Below the pieces are notes generated by a model. It was given only the letters and a program-made list of their open reading frames with translations. It did not search any database and was not told where the DNA came from. A DNA stretch of 64,000 bases from Euprymna scolopes (lineage: Eukaryota). A program made the translations under genes and the position numbers. This document shows positions 1 to 13,217 of this stretch, piece after piece. Each line of letters starts with the position of its first letter. Position 1 is the stretch's first letter. The DNA lies in NCBI GenBank assembly GCA_053919585.1, contig CM132783.1, one strand, 5' to 3'.

Positions 1-329
1 GCAGCTAGAAAGATGTAATCAAAGAGTGTGGAGCTTTCCAAGTCAAGTATGGCTCGACCACTCCCTCCCCTTTGCAGACTGTGTGATAAATGTGCCAAAT
101 AAAGGTATTGTCACGCAACTATTACAATCAAACTAACCGGAATAGAAAATTCCAGTGCAGACCAGGATTTTGTGGAATAAATGCAGAAGGAAAATATTGT
201 AGTATTAAGTTCAATAAATATATAAATTATATTTTTAGCTTTCTTAACTTCAACAATTTTGAAATTGACCTCCAAAATCCTGTTCTTCTGTGCACGTTTA
301 GTTGTCCATTAAGCGGTCAGTTAAAGACT

Positions 330-830
330 TGAAAGAATGCTATGGAAACTAAAGGTCTGAGAGTGAATGTTACCAAAGCCAAAGTGATAATTAGTAATTA
401 TAGCACTAGAAAGCCTTCAGAAAGAGGAAAGTTCTCCTGACCAGTTTGTGGAAAAGGAATTGAAAGCAGCTTAATTTTTTGCGATACTTATAAGCATTAG
501 ATACACACAAAGTGCCGTGAGATTACAGGTCAATCGAGAGATGATAGATAATCAGTTTGTGTGCAGTATACACAGATGAGAACTCAGATGTGGAGAAAGT
601 ATATTTGAATGGTGAAGCTATTTAAGTTGTTTAGAATTTTGTTACCATGGTAATATTGTTAGAGCACGAGATGGAGCAGGTGCTAATGTGTTTATAAGTG
701 TTAGGAGATGTAGTAATAAGCCGAGCATTACCACTCTCGACTAAGGGAAGACTATGTGTATATACTGTGATGCATGGAAATAGAACCTGGCAACTCAGGG
801 TTGAGGATATGTGTTGCATGGAGAGATATG
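330..830 (+). mobile_element. Decayed RTE-type LINE RT C-terminal fragment
   Basis: Reads AMETKGLRVNVTKAKVI..GKFS*PVCGKGI..IFCD..IHTKC with stops. Matches the GLxVNxxKTK plus Cys/His cluster of RTE-like ORFs. Confidence 0.55.
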
Positions 831-1261
831 AAAATGATTCAATGAATGTTTGATTTGAGCAGTGATGGGATGATTCTAATATTTTTTCTGATTCCGTACT
901 AAATTACTGATTCCGATTCTTTATAAATCTCTAAATATTTAAAAAAATAAAAAGTGTTATTGTGTCCTGATTAGCATAAAAACACATCTTAAATGTGAAG
1001 ATATTTTCTCAAACGTAAAAACACATTTGTTAGGAGGTTATTTTAGTTTTACTGGTAGTTTAAAATCAATAAATATTATTTTATTATGACTACCAATGGT
1101 TTGGTCATATTAAAAGAATTGATGAGTGATTTGAAGTTAGTAAATGTAGGACAGTTGAGGTAGCAAGGTCAGTTGGCAAAAAATGGCAAAGAAAAATATG
1201 GAAGTAAGTGATAAAGATGAAAAAGAGAGAACCGCCCCCCCCCTCCAATTAATGACACCTT

Positions 1262-1379
1262 ATCAATTCTCCAACACTATTGCTACACTATCCCATTGAG
1301 TACTGTACACACAATAACCCTTATCCCCGAGTGGCCGTTGGGCCTTGATAAGTGGTGAACTCCATGTAAAAAAAAAAAA
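1262..1379 (+). mobile_element. LINE 3' tail (family B): GAGTGGCC..GGCCTTGATAAGTGGTGA plus poly(A)
   Basis: The same tail is attached to an RT C-terminus at 26110-26750 and recurs at about 12230, 13160, 21000, 25300 and 27420. Confidence 0.65.
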
Positions 1380-1580
1380 GAGAGGGATAAATAAAGAGCT
1401 GGTTAGAAGAAGATTAGTTTGGAAGTCAATTTCTAAAAGCCAATGTGTAAAACGGATGTTAGGCCGATGATGATGATTTGAGAACGCCATGTTTGAACAT
1501 AATTATTACATGAATCTGTGCTGCTTCAAGGATACATTTGTTAAATTATGTCAGTAACATGTCCACTTCTCTCTTTACAG

Positions 1581-1641
1581 CTACCACTAGAACCTCAGGG
1601 TCAGTTACAAATTCAAGTTCGGCATTTTCCAGAAAAAGATG
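1581..1641 (+). CDS. PRKCD: PKC delta/theta-like exon: end of novel C2 domain (LPLEPQGQLQIQVRHFPEKD)
   Basis: Acceptor ctctttacag, donor G|gtaagt. Resembles the nPKC C2 C-terminus (L-x-L-x-P-Q-G). Phase 1 matches the next exon. Confidence 0.8.
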
Positions 1642-2147
1642 GTAAGTTGTTAGTTCAGTTACTACTTCTTTTTATTATCTTGCATGTTATTTTCAAATTG
1701 TCCAAATCATCATTTTCAGGATAATTATTTTTTATTTTTTTGCTTCTCATCGACACACAACCACGCACACAAGGCAGAAGTAAATAGATTCTCTGCAAAA
1801 ATTCATACCATCATATTTTTTTCTTCTGTGTTTATCCTACAAAGCAGCGTCTGTACTGAACTTCTCTCTTGACAATATACAAAGTTTGGTTCGGATCAAG
1901 TTCAGCCTTTTTCGCATCTTATGATGGAGTATCAAATCATCTTTGTTTCGGCCATCCTCCAACTAAGTAGGGAGTTGAGCAGCATGATGCTTGTTCACAT
2001 TACATTTATATTTATGCGTGTTAGTACAGTCGGAAGTAGGAAACAGGGATGGATATTAACTACAACACAAGAATCCATAAGTAATCATTGGTATGTAAAA
2101 GTGTTTGATTGGCCAGGTCAAGTTAATTTTGTTCCTCCATTTTCTAT

Positions 2148-2595
2148 GATGGTTAGTATGTTTGTTAATGGGCTCAGAGACCAGGGTTCAATCCTAGATC
2201 GAGTCCTACCAAAGACTTACAAAATGGAACTTAATGCCCCCCCCCCATTTCTGTGGCGTCTCACTAATTGTTGCTGTTGTTATCATCATCAGAAGGAGCA
2301 GCAACATCCCTGTATCTAGCATCTAAAGTTATCTTTTTTTTGATATTCAAAATCAAACCGGAATATGTAGATGATTAATTTACATAAATGGTTAATGTTA
2401 ATTAATGGGCTGGTCGAGTCATACTAAAGACTGAAAAATTGCTTTTGATGTCTCTTTGCTAAGCACGCAAAATTATAAGGAGGAAAGTAAATGATGTAAT
2501 TCTCGAAAAGGAGTGATGCCCTCCCCTACACCTCAGTATAATAGCTAATGAAAAGGGAGCCTTCAGGTCACCCTTGACTATGGTCGATCACTTGA
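2148..2595 (+). mobile_element. Two overlapping-family fragments of a tRNA-derived SINE (2148-2237, 2412-2595)
   Basis: B-box-like GGGTTCAATCC. Both pieces share TCGAGTC.TAC.AAAGACT. Confidence 0.5.
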
Positions 2596-3327
2596 CATTT
2601 TTTATTGATGTTAATGAATGCTTGGCATGTCAGCATCATCTCTGCTTAAAGAACATGAAAGTCATGAATGCAAACATATTTCAGCAATTTTAATGAAGAG
2701 AAAAAAAGAAATGAATTTTAGTTGAATGTTAAGCGAATTATTGGTTATTTTTGTAGTTTATTCTGGAAGTAGTGATTAAAAAATTGTCCGAAGAATATCT
2801 CGGTTGATGTTGTGTTTTTAATTTGATTATAAACTGTCGTGTGTGACTTTGAACCCAATCCGAAAATACAAATCCGCCCACTCCGCGGCGTGGGAATTTT
2901 TGTCCCTGGTGTCTACACAGCTGGTCGTAGATTCCCACTCCTTAAAAGCAGATAAACTAACAAAAAAAAGGTTATATAATCTTTCTCTTTTTTTTTTCTC
3001 ACCCCCTCTCTCTTTCACCTTTTTCTCTTTTCTTCTCTCTTGTTTTATTTCCATTTATCTCTTCCCACTTTTTCGGCATTCCTTTTTTTTTTCTCGTTTT
3101 TCTCTTTCTATTTTACTCTTTACTTTTTTATTTTACTTTTTCCTTCTTCATTCTTTTTCATATTCCTTTTTCCTCTATCTTTCTTTTTCCTTGTTTTTTT
3201 TTTCACTTTTTTTTGACATATTTTCTTCTTTTTTTTTCTCACCCTTTTTCCCCCTTTTCATCTGCCATCTCTCTCTTTTTTTCCCTTATGTTTCTATTTT
3301 TGCTCGGATATTTCTGTTTCTCTGTAT

Positions 3328-3371
<44 letters not shown>

Positions 3372-3979
3372 TATAATACATAACATTTCCTGCCTGACAT
3401 TGCTGTGTATTGGTAAAGACAGGACGAAAACAAAGAAGTTGCTTAATTCTTCCAAAAATGCCAGTTTGATGAGACTCGTTACCATAATTTTGTCTGAGAG
3501 TGAAAGACAAAAGGAAAAATGATTTCAAGTTCAGGTAATTGTCCAAATCCCTTCCTGAAAACTTTTGCTGACAACAAAACCTTTTTACGCCTTAACGGTT
3601 TCAGCAAAAACTGTCATTTAATTAATTTTACTTTTTTGTTTTATGTGAAACTATTCATTCCAGTAAGATAATGGTATGTACCCATGACATATACAAGTAT
3701 ATGTATCTATTTTTATTTACAAGCAAATTTGGGTACTTTTACATATCAGTCCCCATGGCAGATGATATTAGCTCTGTAAAACCCAGTAACAGGTTATGAC
3801 AACCACACAAAATGAAACCCAGGTTTCTAGAACAGAAAAAAAAGTCCCTTATTGATTTATTTACATTTTCTTTCTTTTTTTTTTTTTTTTTTTGTAATTA
3901 ATGTGTGTTTAATTTGTATTTGCTTTTTTTAAGGTAGATTATTTGGATTATTCTGGCTACTATTCTCTGTTTTTGTGTG

Positions 3980-4010
<31 letters not shown>

Positions 4011-4190
4011 CTTTTTCACAACATTTCATTCTTCCGGTACATCTTTTCTGGTACATCTTTTCAAACTTTGGTATCATTGTTGAATTTAGGAAACTATTTC
4101 AAACTAAATCTTTGATCCTTATCTATATTGAAATACATAAAAAAATACAGCAGTTCAAAACAAAATAGTACAAATACTTATGGATGTATA

Positions 4191-4852
4191 CAAGGGTTGT
4201 TCTAAAAGTAAGGCCTCTTTTTTTTTTTTAACTAAAATAAACTACAACATTGAAGAGCTATGAAGATAGGAATGGTACCATAAAAACGAGCAACCAGAAT
4301 TTATTTTTCTATCTAGTCACCACCATTCTCAATGCACTTTTGCCAGCAATAAATGATGTTTCTTAGCAAAAGTCCTGAGTGTGTTTTGTCACTTGTATCT
4401 CTGTTACTACTCTTAAATCGACAAACCCATCTCCTAACTGTGCTAACATCAACTGCATCAGTTTTGTAAATGTTCAACAGTCGTTGGTGAATGTGGGTCG
4501 GTTCACGTTTTTCTGCATAGAGGAATTCAGTGACGCATCTTTGCTCCTGACGCATCTCCAAAAGAGAGGCTGCTTTCTTGGAATCTCACAGCATCAATAT
4601 CTTCAACAGAGAGATGAAATAGTAATTGTCTGTATTTTTGAGATGAGGTGTTTTCATTGATTGAGATTGTCGGACTGACTTCCTCATAACAACCAAGATG
4701 AGGAAGTCAGTCCGACAATCTCAATCAAAGAGACATGAAACTTTCACATCATGAATGTATAAGTTCAGTCATCATGACAATGCAATTTGCAATCCATTTT
4801 TATCTATTGAAAAAAAAAAAAATAGGAAGCATTACTTTTGGAACATTTCTCG
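4191..4852 (-). mobile_element. Internally deleted mariner element
   Basis: TA-flanked imperfect TIRs (caagggttgttctaaaagtaa / ttacttttggaacatttctcg). Minus ORF 4313-4561 has the mariner HTH (QRCVTEFL..STVRRWVCRF) fused to the C-terminal WQKCIENGGD. Confidence 0.8.
4657..4728. repeat. Perfect 31-bp inverted repeat with 10-nt loop
   Basis: ttgattgagattgtcggactgacttcctcat - aacaaccaag - exact reverse complement. Confidence 0.92.
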
Positions 4853-5090
4853 TACTTACTTGTTAGTGAAAAATATTAGTGTACACAAAAAGTACAGGAA
4901 ATTATTGAGTAGAATTTTAATTGTAAATAAGATTAATTTACCATTTGTAGTCCACAAACCCCAAACAACAAGATCACTTAGCGTCTTCATATTAGAAGAA
5001 GATAATTTTCTAATAATTTGTCTTTCTTTCTCTCTTTCCGTCTCTGCCTCTATCTGTCTGTCTCTCTCTTCCTCTCTGTCTCTGTTTTTA

Positions 5091-5145
<55 letters not shown>

Positions 5146-5764
5146 GTACCCTTTACCATTACTCGTGGGGAGGGGGGTCCCAAAGACCATATGTATAAGG
5201 TAGAATAAGTGAATCGGTCATCATAGTTAACCCTCTTTCCAAAGTGATTTCACGGTCAATCCAATAATTAAAACCACTCAACAGTTTATCTACTTGACTT
5301 GCTGGTCTGGTACCCCCCCCCCCCGCAAATTAATGGAGTTTTTTGTATTTTACTTTTAGCCTTTTACTATTATCATTATTTTTGTTGTTCTTTAGAGTGA
5401 TTGTTCATCTTGATTAATAGTAAACAATTCGTTATCTTTTCTCCATGTCACTGTTCTACCTGAAGTTTTCGTTTTGTGCTCCTGTACTCAGTGGCATAGC
5501 ATCAGTTTTTGCCGCCCGGGGCGGTCGGAAAATTTCTATCTGATAATTTTCCATAATTTATGATGTACACCAATGTTTCCAACTGATAAGTATATTCATA
5601 AATGTTGCTGTTATTTTATTTTTATTTGCCATATTTTTTTTATATGTGTTTCAATATAAATAAACATCAAACTTTTCATTTAATCCACAAGAGTAGATTG
5701 TTCTCATTCTGGCAGCCATGACCAAATAGAAATGTTTATTATATTATTTTTAATTACTAACATG

Positions 5765-6035
5765 GATCTATCAGACAACGGATAAATTTTTGACTGTAAA
5801 TCATTGTAAAGTAGCATTTTTCTGGAGGTTGCACCAACATATTAATTAATTAACACTTTTGCCCGGTCAAGGTTGATGGAACAAGATCAATCTACCCCTG
5901 TTGATTATATTAATTCAGTTTGAAATTTAGTATATAGGTTACGAGTTCAACATAAAGATTCCTAAATTCAAAAAGACTCCTGAAGAAGGTCAGAGATTAC
6001 ATCAGTTGAAACGTGAAATGAACAACCAAGATGAA
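5765..6035 (+). mobile_element. Penelope-like pLTR-type repeat with degenerate hammerhead core
   Basis: cctgaagaaggtcagagattacatcagttgaaacg..aacaaccaagatga. Homologous pieces at about 13920-14360, 14755-14840, 18850-18930, 25470-25750 and 26955-27220. Confidence 0.55.
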
Positions 6036-6075
6036 GTAAAAAAGTTATTTATAGATTACCAGCATGACTACTCGG

Positions 6076-6337
6076 TATTATCCGGTACAAAAGTGTAATG
6101 ACTATTATTTATTATCCGGTACAAAAGTGTAATGACTATTATTTATTATCCGGTACAAAAGTGTAATGACTATTATTTATTATCCGGTACAAAAGTGTAA
6201 TGACTATTATTTATTATCCGGTACAAAAGTGTAATGACTATTATTTATTATCCGGTACAAAAGTGTAATGACTATTATTTATTATCCGGTACAAAAGTGT
6301 AATGACTATTATTTATTATCCGGTACAAAAGTGTAAT
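6076..6337. repeat. Perfect 34-bp tandem repeat, about 7.7 copies
   Basis: Unit ttatccggtacaaaagtgtaatgactattattta; tccggt recurs every 34 nt from 6081 to 6319. Confidence 0.95.
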
Positions 6338-6693
6338 ATATTTCTCTTAAAACTTCCTCTTTCTCCCTCCACTGTTTTTTTTTTCTTTTCTTCTCTGCCC
6401 AGCCCTTTCTCTCTCTTGATATACACATGCACAAACCAATCGTTTTTATAGATTCCTCGAGGAACAAGTCTGCATAAAAAAATCGACCCTTTCATTAAAA
6501 ACTGTTTCTTCCCTTTAGTTAGTATATCAAATGGCTGGACCCCCCCCCCCACCTCAATCGGTGCTAATTTAGGGTAAAATAATGTTTTTTGTTTTTTTTT
6601 TTTCTAAATTTTAGGTATCATTTATTCAAGGCAACAAAAAATATCAACTTTGTGGGTGTTTGTTTTAATTTTTTTTAGTTTAAGCCAGACATA

Positions 6694-6750
<57 letters not shown>

Positions 6751-7329
6751 CTGTCCTTTATATTATGGACAAAAATATTTGAATTCTCAGCAAATTCTCC
6801 AAGCAAAAACATTTCTTTTTCTGTTAAATAAACAAAATTCATCAGTAAGAAGAAAAAATTTTTAAAATGTAGAAATCGTATTTATTTCTGAAATTTGATT
6901 CCTGAGGAAACTGTTCCATTGTAGATAACCTGATTTTGATAAATTGTGTGCGTTATTGCTCCTGATGAGAAATTCAAAATGTCATTGAATTTTGCAGACA
7001 TATTTTTGTAATCTTGTTCATATATTTATTACAAATACATTTGGACGACTGAAAATAATTACAAAATTACAAAATAATTGATGCGATCATTACAAACAAA
7101 CAAAAATAAAGACAATTACTACAAATCATCATCATCATAATCAGTTTAATGTCAGCTTTAACGGTTAGACGGTTTTAAGAAATTGACTTCTAAACTAGCA
7201 TATCACTGGGTAGGTCTTAATTTATTTTTCTCTCAAATCCATTTTTATCATTTCTTGTTTTCCTTCACTTTCTTCTATGAACTGACCTCAGCTGTTCGTC
7301 GTCAAAATAAAAAACAACCAACTACAAGT

Positions 7330-8040
7330 GAAATTCTATAAACATATCAACTGGGCCGTTTTCTACAAGGAGGGGTCACTTTTTTGTCAACATATTTACA
7401 AAGTCATTCACGCCTCACAACTTCAGTTGGTGAAATTTTTTTTTTTTAATGGCTTTGTTGATCAATTTTTTTTTTTTTTGTGCTTGCATGGGTAATCACT
7501 GCTATTTTCATTTTAGGGTGTTTCGAAACTTTTTTTTAGGGCTCCGTTGATCAATACCCTTACCATAAACTCTCTCCACCCTCGGGCAACACCAAGTACC
7601 CCCGCTAGTCTATAATATAAATCTCAGCTGTCTGTGTGTGTGTTTGCATGTCTGCTAAAAACTTTTGTCATCTGCATCAAACAGGCATGAACCTTATATT
7701 GTTAGAAAGAGCAATCTCTCAGACACATAATATTGAAAAATTAGAAAACATCTTCAATTATTTAATGCAAAAATATTTTGTTTGAAGGGTTAGGGTTAGG
7801 TAAAAACGTTTGTTTCAACATTGTTTGTTAATCACGCATGCGTGAACGGTCAATTTATTGTTTCATTTTAAAAAGCTAAATTTGCAACATCATAACATCT
7901 GTGTCGTCGTGGTCCGATCGATAACGCTTATGAATGTAACTTTTGCAAGTTTGCATTCACCATGCAGCATTTTTGTTTTCTTTTTTTTTTTTTTGCTTAC
8001 AAAATATTACTTTCGGTTTTGTTTCTGGCTGATAAGAAAC
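7330..8040 (+). mobile_element. Abutting non-autonomous Helitron-like pieces
   Basis: 3' end cgggcaac..gtacccccgCTAG (7605-7608) immediately followed by a 5' end TCtataatataa. Outer boundaries approximate. Confidence 0.5.
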
Positions 8041-8641
8041 AAAGGGTTTTAAATCAGTCTCTCTGTGGAAAGCGTGCGAATAAGACAGAGGAAACTTGAT
8101 AATCTAAGCAAATATTACCTCGATATCTCGTGCATCACTCCAGGAAATTAAGAAGTAAATAATTAGCTAAGATAACATTAGTCTTTCTCTCCTGAGTCAA
8201 TTCTCTCTAAATAAAAATCTTGAAGAAAACTTAGCAAATGTCTCCTTGTATTATTTTCTTCATGAAAAGAGCTTATTTCTATAGCAGCCAAAACAGTGAC
8301 AATGAAGAGAACTTTAGCAAACATTTGTTTTTATCAAGATTGCAGCTTTATTCTTTCTTATTACAAAAGAGCGGTAAATCTATAACATAATAATCAGCAA
8401 AATTTCACTGAGAACTTTTTACTTTAGAAAATTTCTTGCTGCAAACTGTTTTAGAACCCCCTCCCCCTGTATCCTGCTTCCTCAACTATAGTAACATGTA
8501 GTAATTTAAGTGTAACATAAACAGACATCTTGCTAATCAACTCCCCACTTGGAGTGTTGTTAATTCACAGTAGCGTCTTGCTGCTCTGGCAATTTGTCTT
8601 GTTTCGGATGAATGTGAGTAAATAAAAGAAAAAGTAAATGT

Positions 8642-11600
8642 GACATATTCAAGTCTACATGAAGAAGTTTTTCTCACATGAGGCCAAAATTATTTCCAGC
8701 CACCCTCCTCAAGCATAGACCTGGTCATGTGGTTAGGTCTGTAGCCAATAAGTTTAGCTTTCAAAATTATCTAGGGTTTACCTACTTCTAACTTACATTT
8801 TTCAAGTTAGATCACCATTTGTGTGAAAAGTTATCAAAAAATAGGCTTAAAATTGTGACAAAAATTAAGGCAGTCAAATAAAAAGTCCTGTTTCAAATTT
8901 CACTTACCCAAGACACGAAATAAGACATTCAAGCAAGAAAGTACCATATGTAGATGGAATTTAGACCAAAAATGCTTATTGGAGATTTGCCATGCAAGAA
9001 TGCGCATTTTTGTCTATGACAATTTTTTTTCTCGAATTTTTTCCAAATTTGACATTTTTTTAGCTTTAAAGTCCCACATAGTTTCTAATGCGTACATGAA
9101 GTGTGAAATATTAGTCAATACAACGCACCATCTACTGATCAGAAAATACCAGTTTCATCAAAATTTGATGCAAACAGGAAAAGTTGCAACTAATTTTGTA
9201 GAGAACATTGGCTTTTGTAGCCAAAAATAATTTAATTTTAATAAATTAAATTATAGGCTCTAAATAAAAAAAAATGCAACTCATAGAAAAGTTTTTTTGT
9301 ATACGCCAATATTTTTTATTAGTATTGAAATTCAGACAACACATTAATTCAGGTCAAATTTTTGTAGTTGCAGACTTGTTTCATACTCCTTCAACCTTCA
9401 ACTAACATTCAAAATGAAAAAGTTGACATTCAACTTCTTTGAGTCACACGAGGGGAAGAGTGCATCAGACAGTATTGGGTCAATTGTTAACATACAAAAT
9501 ATACAATTGTTAACATACAAGATATACAATTGTTAACATACAAGATATACAATTGTTAACATACAAGATATACAATTGTTAACATACAGGATATACAATT
9601 GTTAACATACAGGATATACAATTGTTAACATACAGGATATACAATTGTTAACATACAAGATATACAATTGTTAACATACAAGATATACAATTGTTAACAT
9701 ACAAGATATACAATTGTTAACATACAAGATATACAATTGTTAACATACAAGATATACAATTGTTAACATACAGGATATACAATTGTTAACATACAGGATA
9801 TACAATTGTTAACATACAGGATATACAATTGTTAACATACAGGATATACAATTGTTAACATACAAGATATACAATTGTTAACATACAAGATATACAATTG
9901 TTAACATACAAGATATACAATTGTTAACATACAAGATATACAATTGTTAACATACAAGATATACAATTGTTAACATACAAGATATACAATTGTTAACATA
10001 CAAGATATACAATTGTTAACATGCAGGATATACAATTGTTAACATACAAGATATACAATTGTTAACATACAAGATATACAATTGTTAACATACAGGATAT
10101 ACAATTGTTAACATACAGGATATACAATTGTTAACATACAGGATATACAATTGTTAACATACAGGATATACAATTGTTAACATACAAGATATACAATTGT
10201 TAACATACAAGATATACAATTGTTAACATACAAGATATACAATTGTTAACATACAAGATATACAATTGTTAACATACAAGATATACAATTGTTAACATAC
10301 AGGATATACAATTGTTAACATACAGGATATACAATTGTTAACATACAAAATATACAATTGTTAACATACAAGATATACAATTGTTAACATACAAGATATA
10401 CAATTGTTAACATACAAGATATACAATTGTTAACATACAGGATATACAATTGTTAACATACAGGATATACAATTGTTAACATACAGGATATACAATTGTT
10501 AACATACAGGATATACAATTGTTAACATACAGGATATACAATTGTTAACATACAAGATATACAATTGTTAACATACAAGATATCTTGAAAAATGATCAAG
10601 GGGTGTGCAGTGTTGGTGACATATTGGACGTTGTCCTGAGTGAAACAAAATATCTATCAAAAAATTTGATCATTTTGTTGTTGAGAAATTTGGACGCTTT
10701 CAGGAAATACAATAAAATCTAAAGAGTACTCTAGGTTTCAGAAATCATGGATCTACATGGTCTGAGACTGGTTGATAAGAACTTAACACTCACTGAATTT
10801 ACTTACACCAGTTGTCCACTTAATAGTGTTTTTGAAGAATGCAAAGATGAATATAATTCCCTAACCGAAAGCAACATCCACAAACCGGGAAAAGTAAAAT
10901 ACATCCAAGAGGAGGAAACTGATATATCTCAGGATGAACAAGAGGAGAACAAGTTGTGTGACAACAACGATGACGATGGCCAAACTGATGTCGCTGATGA
11001 TGAAATTGATGAGGATGAGAATCAAGATCAAAATGATGATTGTGTGTTTCAACCAGATGATATTGTATGGCTGAAGCATGGTCACAATTGGTTTCCTGCT
11101 TAGATAATAACCTTGGCAGAAGTTCCACCACACAACATCGCTTTTATGGGCAGAGAGATAAACTGATTGTGAAATGGGTTGGTGAGGAAAACTACAATCA
11201 GAAACTTGTTCATCATATCAAGGAACTCGGTGAAAACTTAAATGATGCTGTACTGGCTTCAAAATCGAAGCATATCATGCCTTAGGCTTGATTAACAGTT
11301 TTTCTTTGTAAAGTGGCTTATTTTGTTTGCCATCTGTATGATCGTACATGTTATTTCTGAATTTAATAATCAGTAAATCTTCCAGCTTCTTTAAAAAAAA
11401 AGTATCTTATTTTCAATTTCAGGTTTCTCGTAAAAAAACAATACAAGGTTCTATTATGTTCGGGGAACTGGCCAAAATACTAATTTTCAATTTAGCGATC
11501 TGACACACTTTGAAAATGCTAGAATATCTTTAAAACTAGTCCAGATTTTGTATTTTTCACAGTTTTTTTTAATTCCACGTTAAATTTTGACCCAGAAAAA

Positions 11601-11688
11601 TTGTATGACAAGCCATGACCTTACTTTGAAAAGCGACCTAAATTGGCCTCCATGAAAAAAACTTCTTCATCGAGACTTGAATAGTGTC
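8642..11688 (+). mobile_element. Decayed TIR DNA transposon (Sola2-like transposase remnant with C-terminal acidic tract and PWWP-like domain)
   Basis: Imperfect TIRs of about 47 bp (gacatattcaagtctacatgaagaagttttt / aaaaacttcttcatcgagacttgaatagtgtc). Flanks ATGT/ATAT suggest a 4-bp TSD. Peptides FRSNF..FNFFESHEGKSASDSIGSIV (about 9348-9490) and FQPDDIVWLKHGHNWFPA (about 11047-11100). Confidence 0.7.
9482..10583. repeat. 23-bp minisatellite, about 48 copies
   Basis: Unit caattgttaacataca(a/g)gatata, nearly invariant. Confidence 0.97.
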
Positions 11689-12009
11689 ATATCTTCCAAT
11701 CTATAAATTCATGAGGATTTGCAAAGAATTTTAAAGCTAAAATCACTTTCTATTCAACAGTGTAAGTGCTTCCAAATTTCTTTTAAAACTTACAGCAGTT
11801 ACAAAATATTTTATTTTTAACTACTAACAAAAAATTAAAATGGCTGACTTGTTTATGAAAAGATGGAAATGCATTCTGATGGATTTAACTTTTTAATATT
11901 TTTTTGATAGGATTTTTTAAAATGTTTATTTTAGTGTCTTACATTATTTTATGTCGTAATTTCAATAAATAATTGATTAATAGTACAAAAAAATATGTGA
12001 AAATGAAAA

Positions 12010-13217
12010 TTCCATGAAAAAGTTTCTTTCCTAGAACTGCTCGTCTGTGAAACACAATACCACAGGGACTGCTTCCCAGCTGACTACAACAAGGACATTT
12101 TCAAGTCCAATGTAAATAAATTCTTGTTGAGCCACCCTTTTAAATAATTAAATTCTGCACAATCACCAACATCATTATCAGTCATTATGGTATTATCTCA
12201 ACATCCACCTGATGCTTGTATTTAACCTTTATCCTCGAATGGCCTTTGGGTCTTGATAAGTGATGAGCCCTTGGTAAAAAAAAAAATGTGTCATGTTGTA
12301 CAAAGCCAAACCACCTGAGTCGACAAATGTGTGAGGAATCTATAATCTCACAATAGTAAATTTCTGACGAAACACAGTTGAAAGGAAACTTTTTCTCCCG
12401 TTCGTACAATTTTTGTTTCATTTACCCTACCATACCTACAGATGACGCAAATGGTAAGCACATGTTGTCCTGCTTATTTATTCTAAGTCTTTTATATTGC
12501 TTGTATTAACATATACTTGTGCATTCACTAGACAATCCATGTCCCACTTGTTGTGCCAATCCAATACTGCAACATTTGTTTCTCTACCTAAAACTAAATG
12601 AAAATTCTACGAGCAAAGTTTCTTCCCTAGAACTGCTCGTCTGTGGAACACAATACCACAGGGGCTGCTTCCCAGCTGACTACAACAAGGTCCTTTTCAA
12701 GTCCAGTGTAAATAAATTCTCATTGAGCTGTCCTCTTCAATAATCAAATTTTGCCCAATCACCAACATCATTACCAATCATCGATGTTGACACATTTAAT
12801 TCTTATCCTTGAGTGGGCTTTAGTAAAAAAAAAAAAAAAATTGCCATTTTTTTTCTTTTTTTACTAAAGCCCAGCTTTAAAAAGATAAAAAAAAAAAAAT
12901 TGCCATTTTTTTTCTTTCTCTCTCTCTCTCTTCATGTAAAACTAAACAAAACTTTCATGAGCAAAGTTTCTTTCCTAGAATTACCCATCAATGGAATACA
13001 ATATCATGGAACTGATTCTCAGTTGACTATAACATGCTTGTTCTCAAGCCCAGTGTAAACAATTCTTGAGCTGCCGCCTTAAATAATCTAATTCTGCGCA
13101 ATCATCACTAATCATCATGGCATTGTCTCACACCGTCCACCTGATGCTTATTTTTAACCTTTATTCTTGAGTGGCCTTTAGGCCTTGATAAGTGGTGACA
13201 CCATAGTAAAAAAAAAA
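12010..13217 (+). mobile_element. Three consecutive decayed LINE 3'-end fragments (family B), each with an A-tail
   Basis: Repeated tttctttcctagaact..ttcaagtcca.tgtaaataaattct..ccttgagtgg..aaaa at about 12010-12287, 12600-12840 and 12950-13217. Confidence 0.7.

Noticed and set aside
2843-3376. 177-aa F/S/L-rich ORF (also 4755-5198 and 44656-44943)
   Set aside because: Low-complexity pyrimidine or microsatellite sequence.
9482-10583. CRISPR-like look of the 23-bp and 34-bp arrays
   Set aside because: No unique spacers and no cas genes; eukaryotic intron context. These are plain minisatellites.
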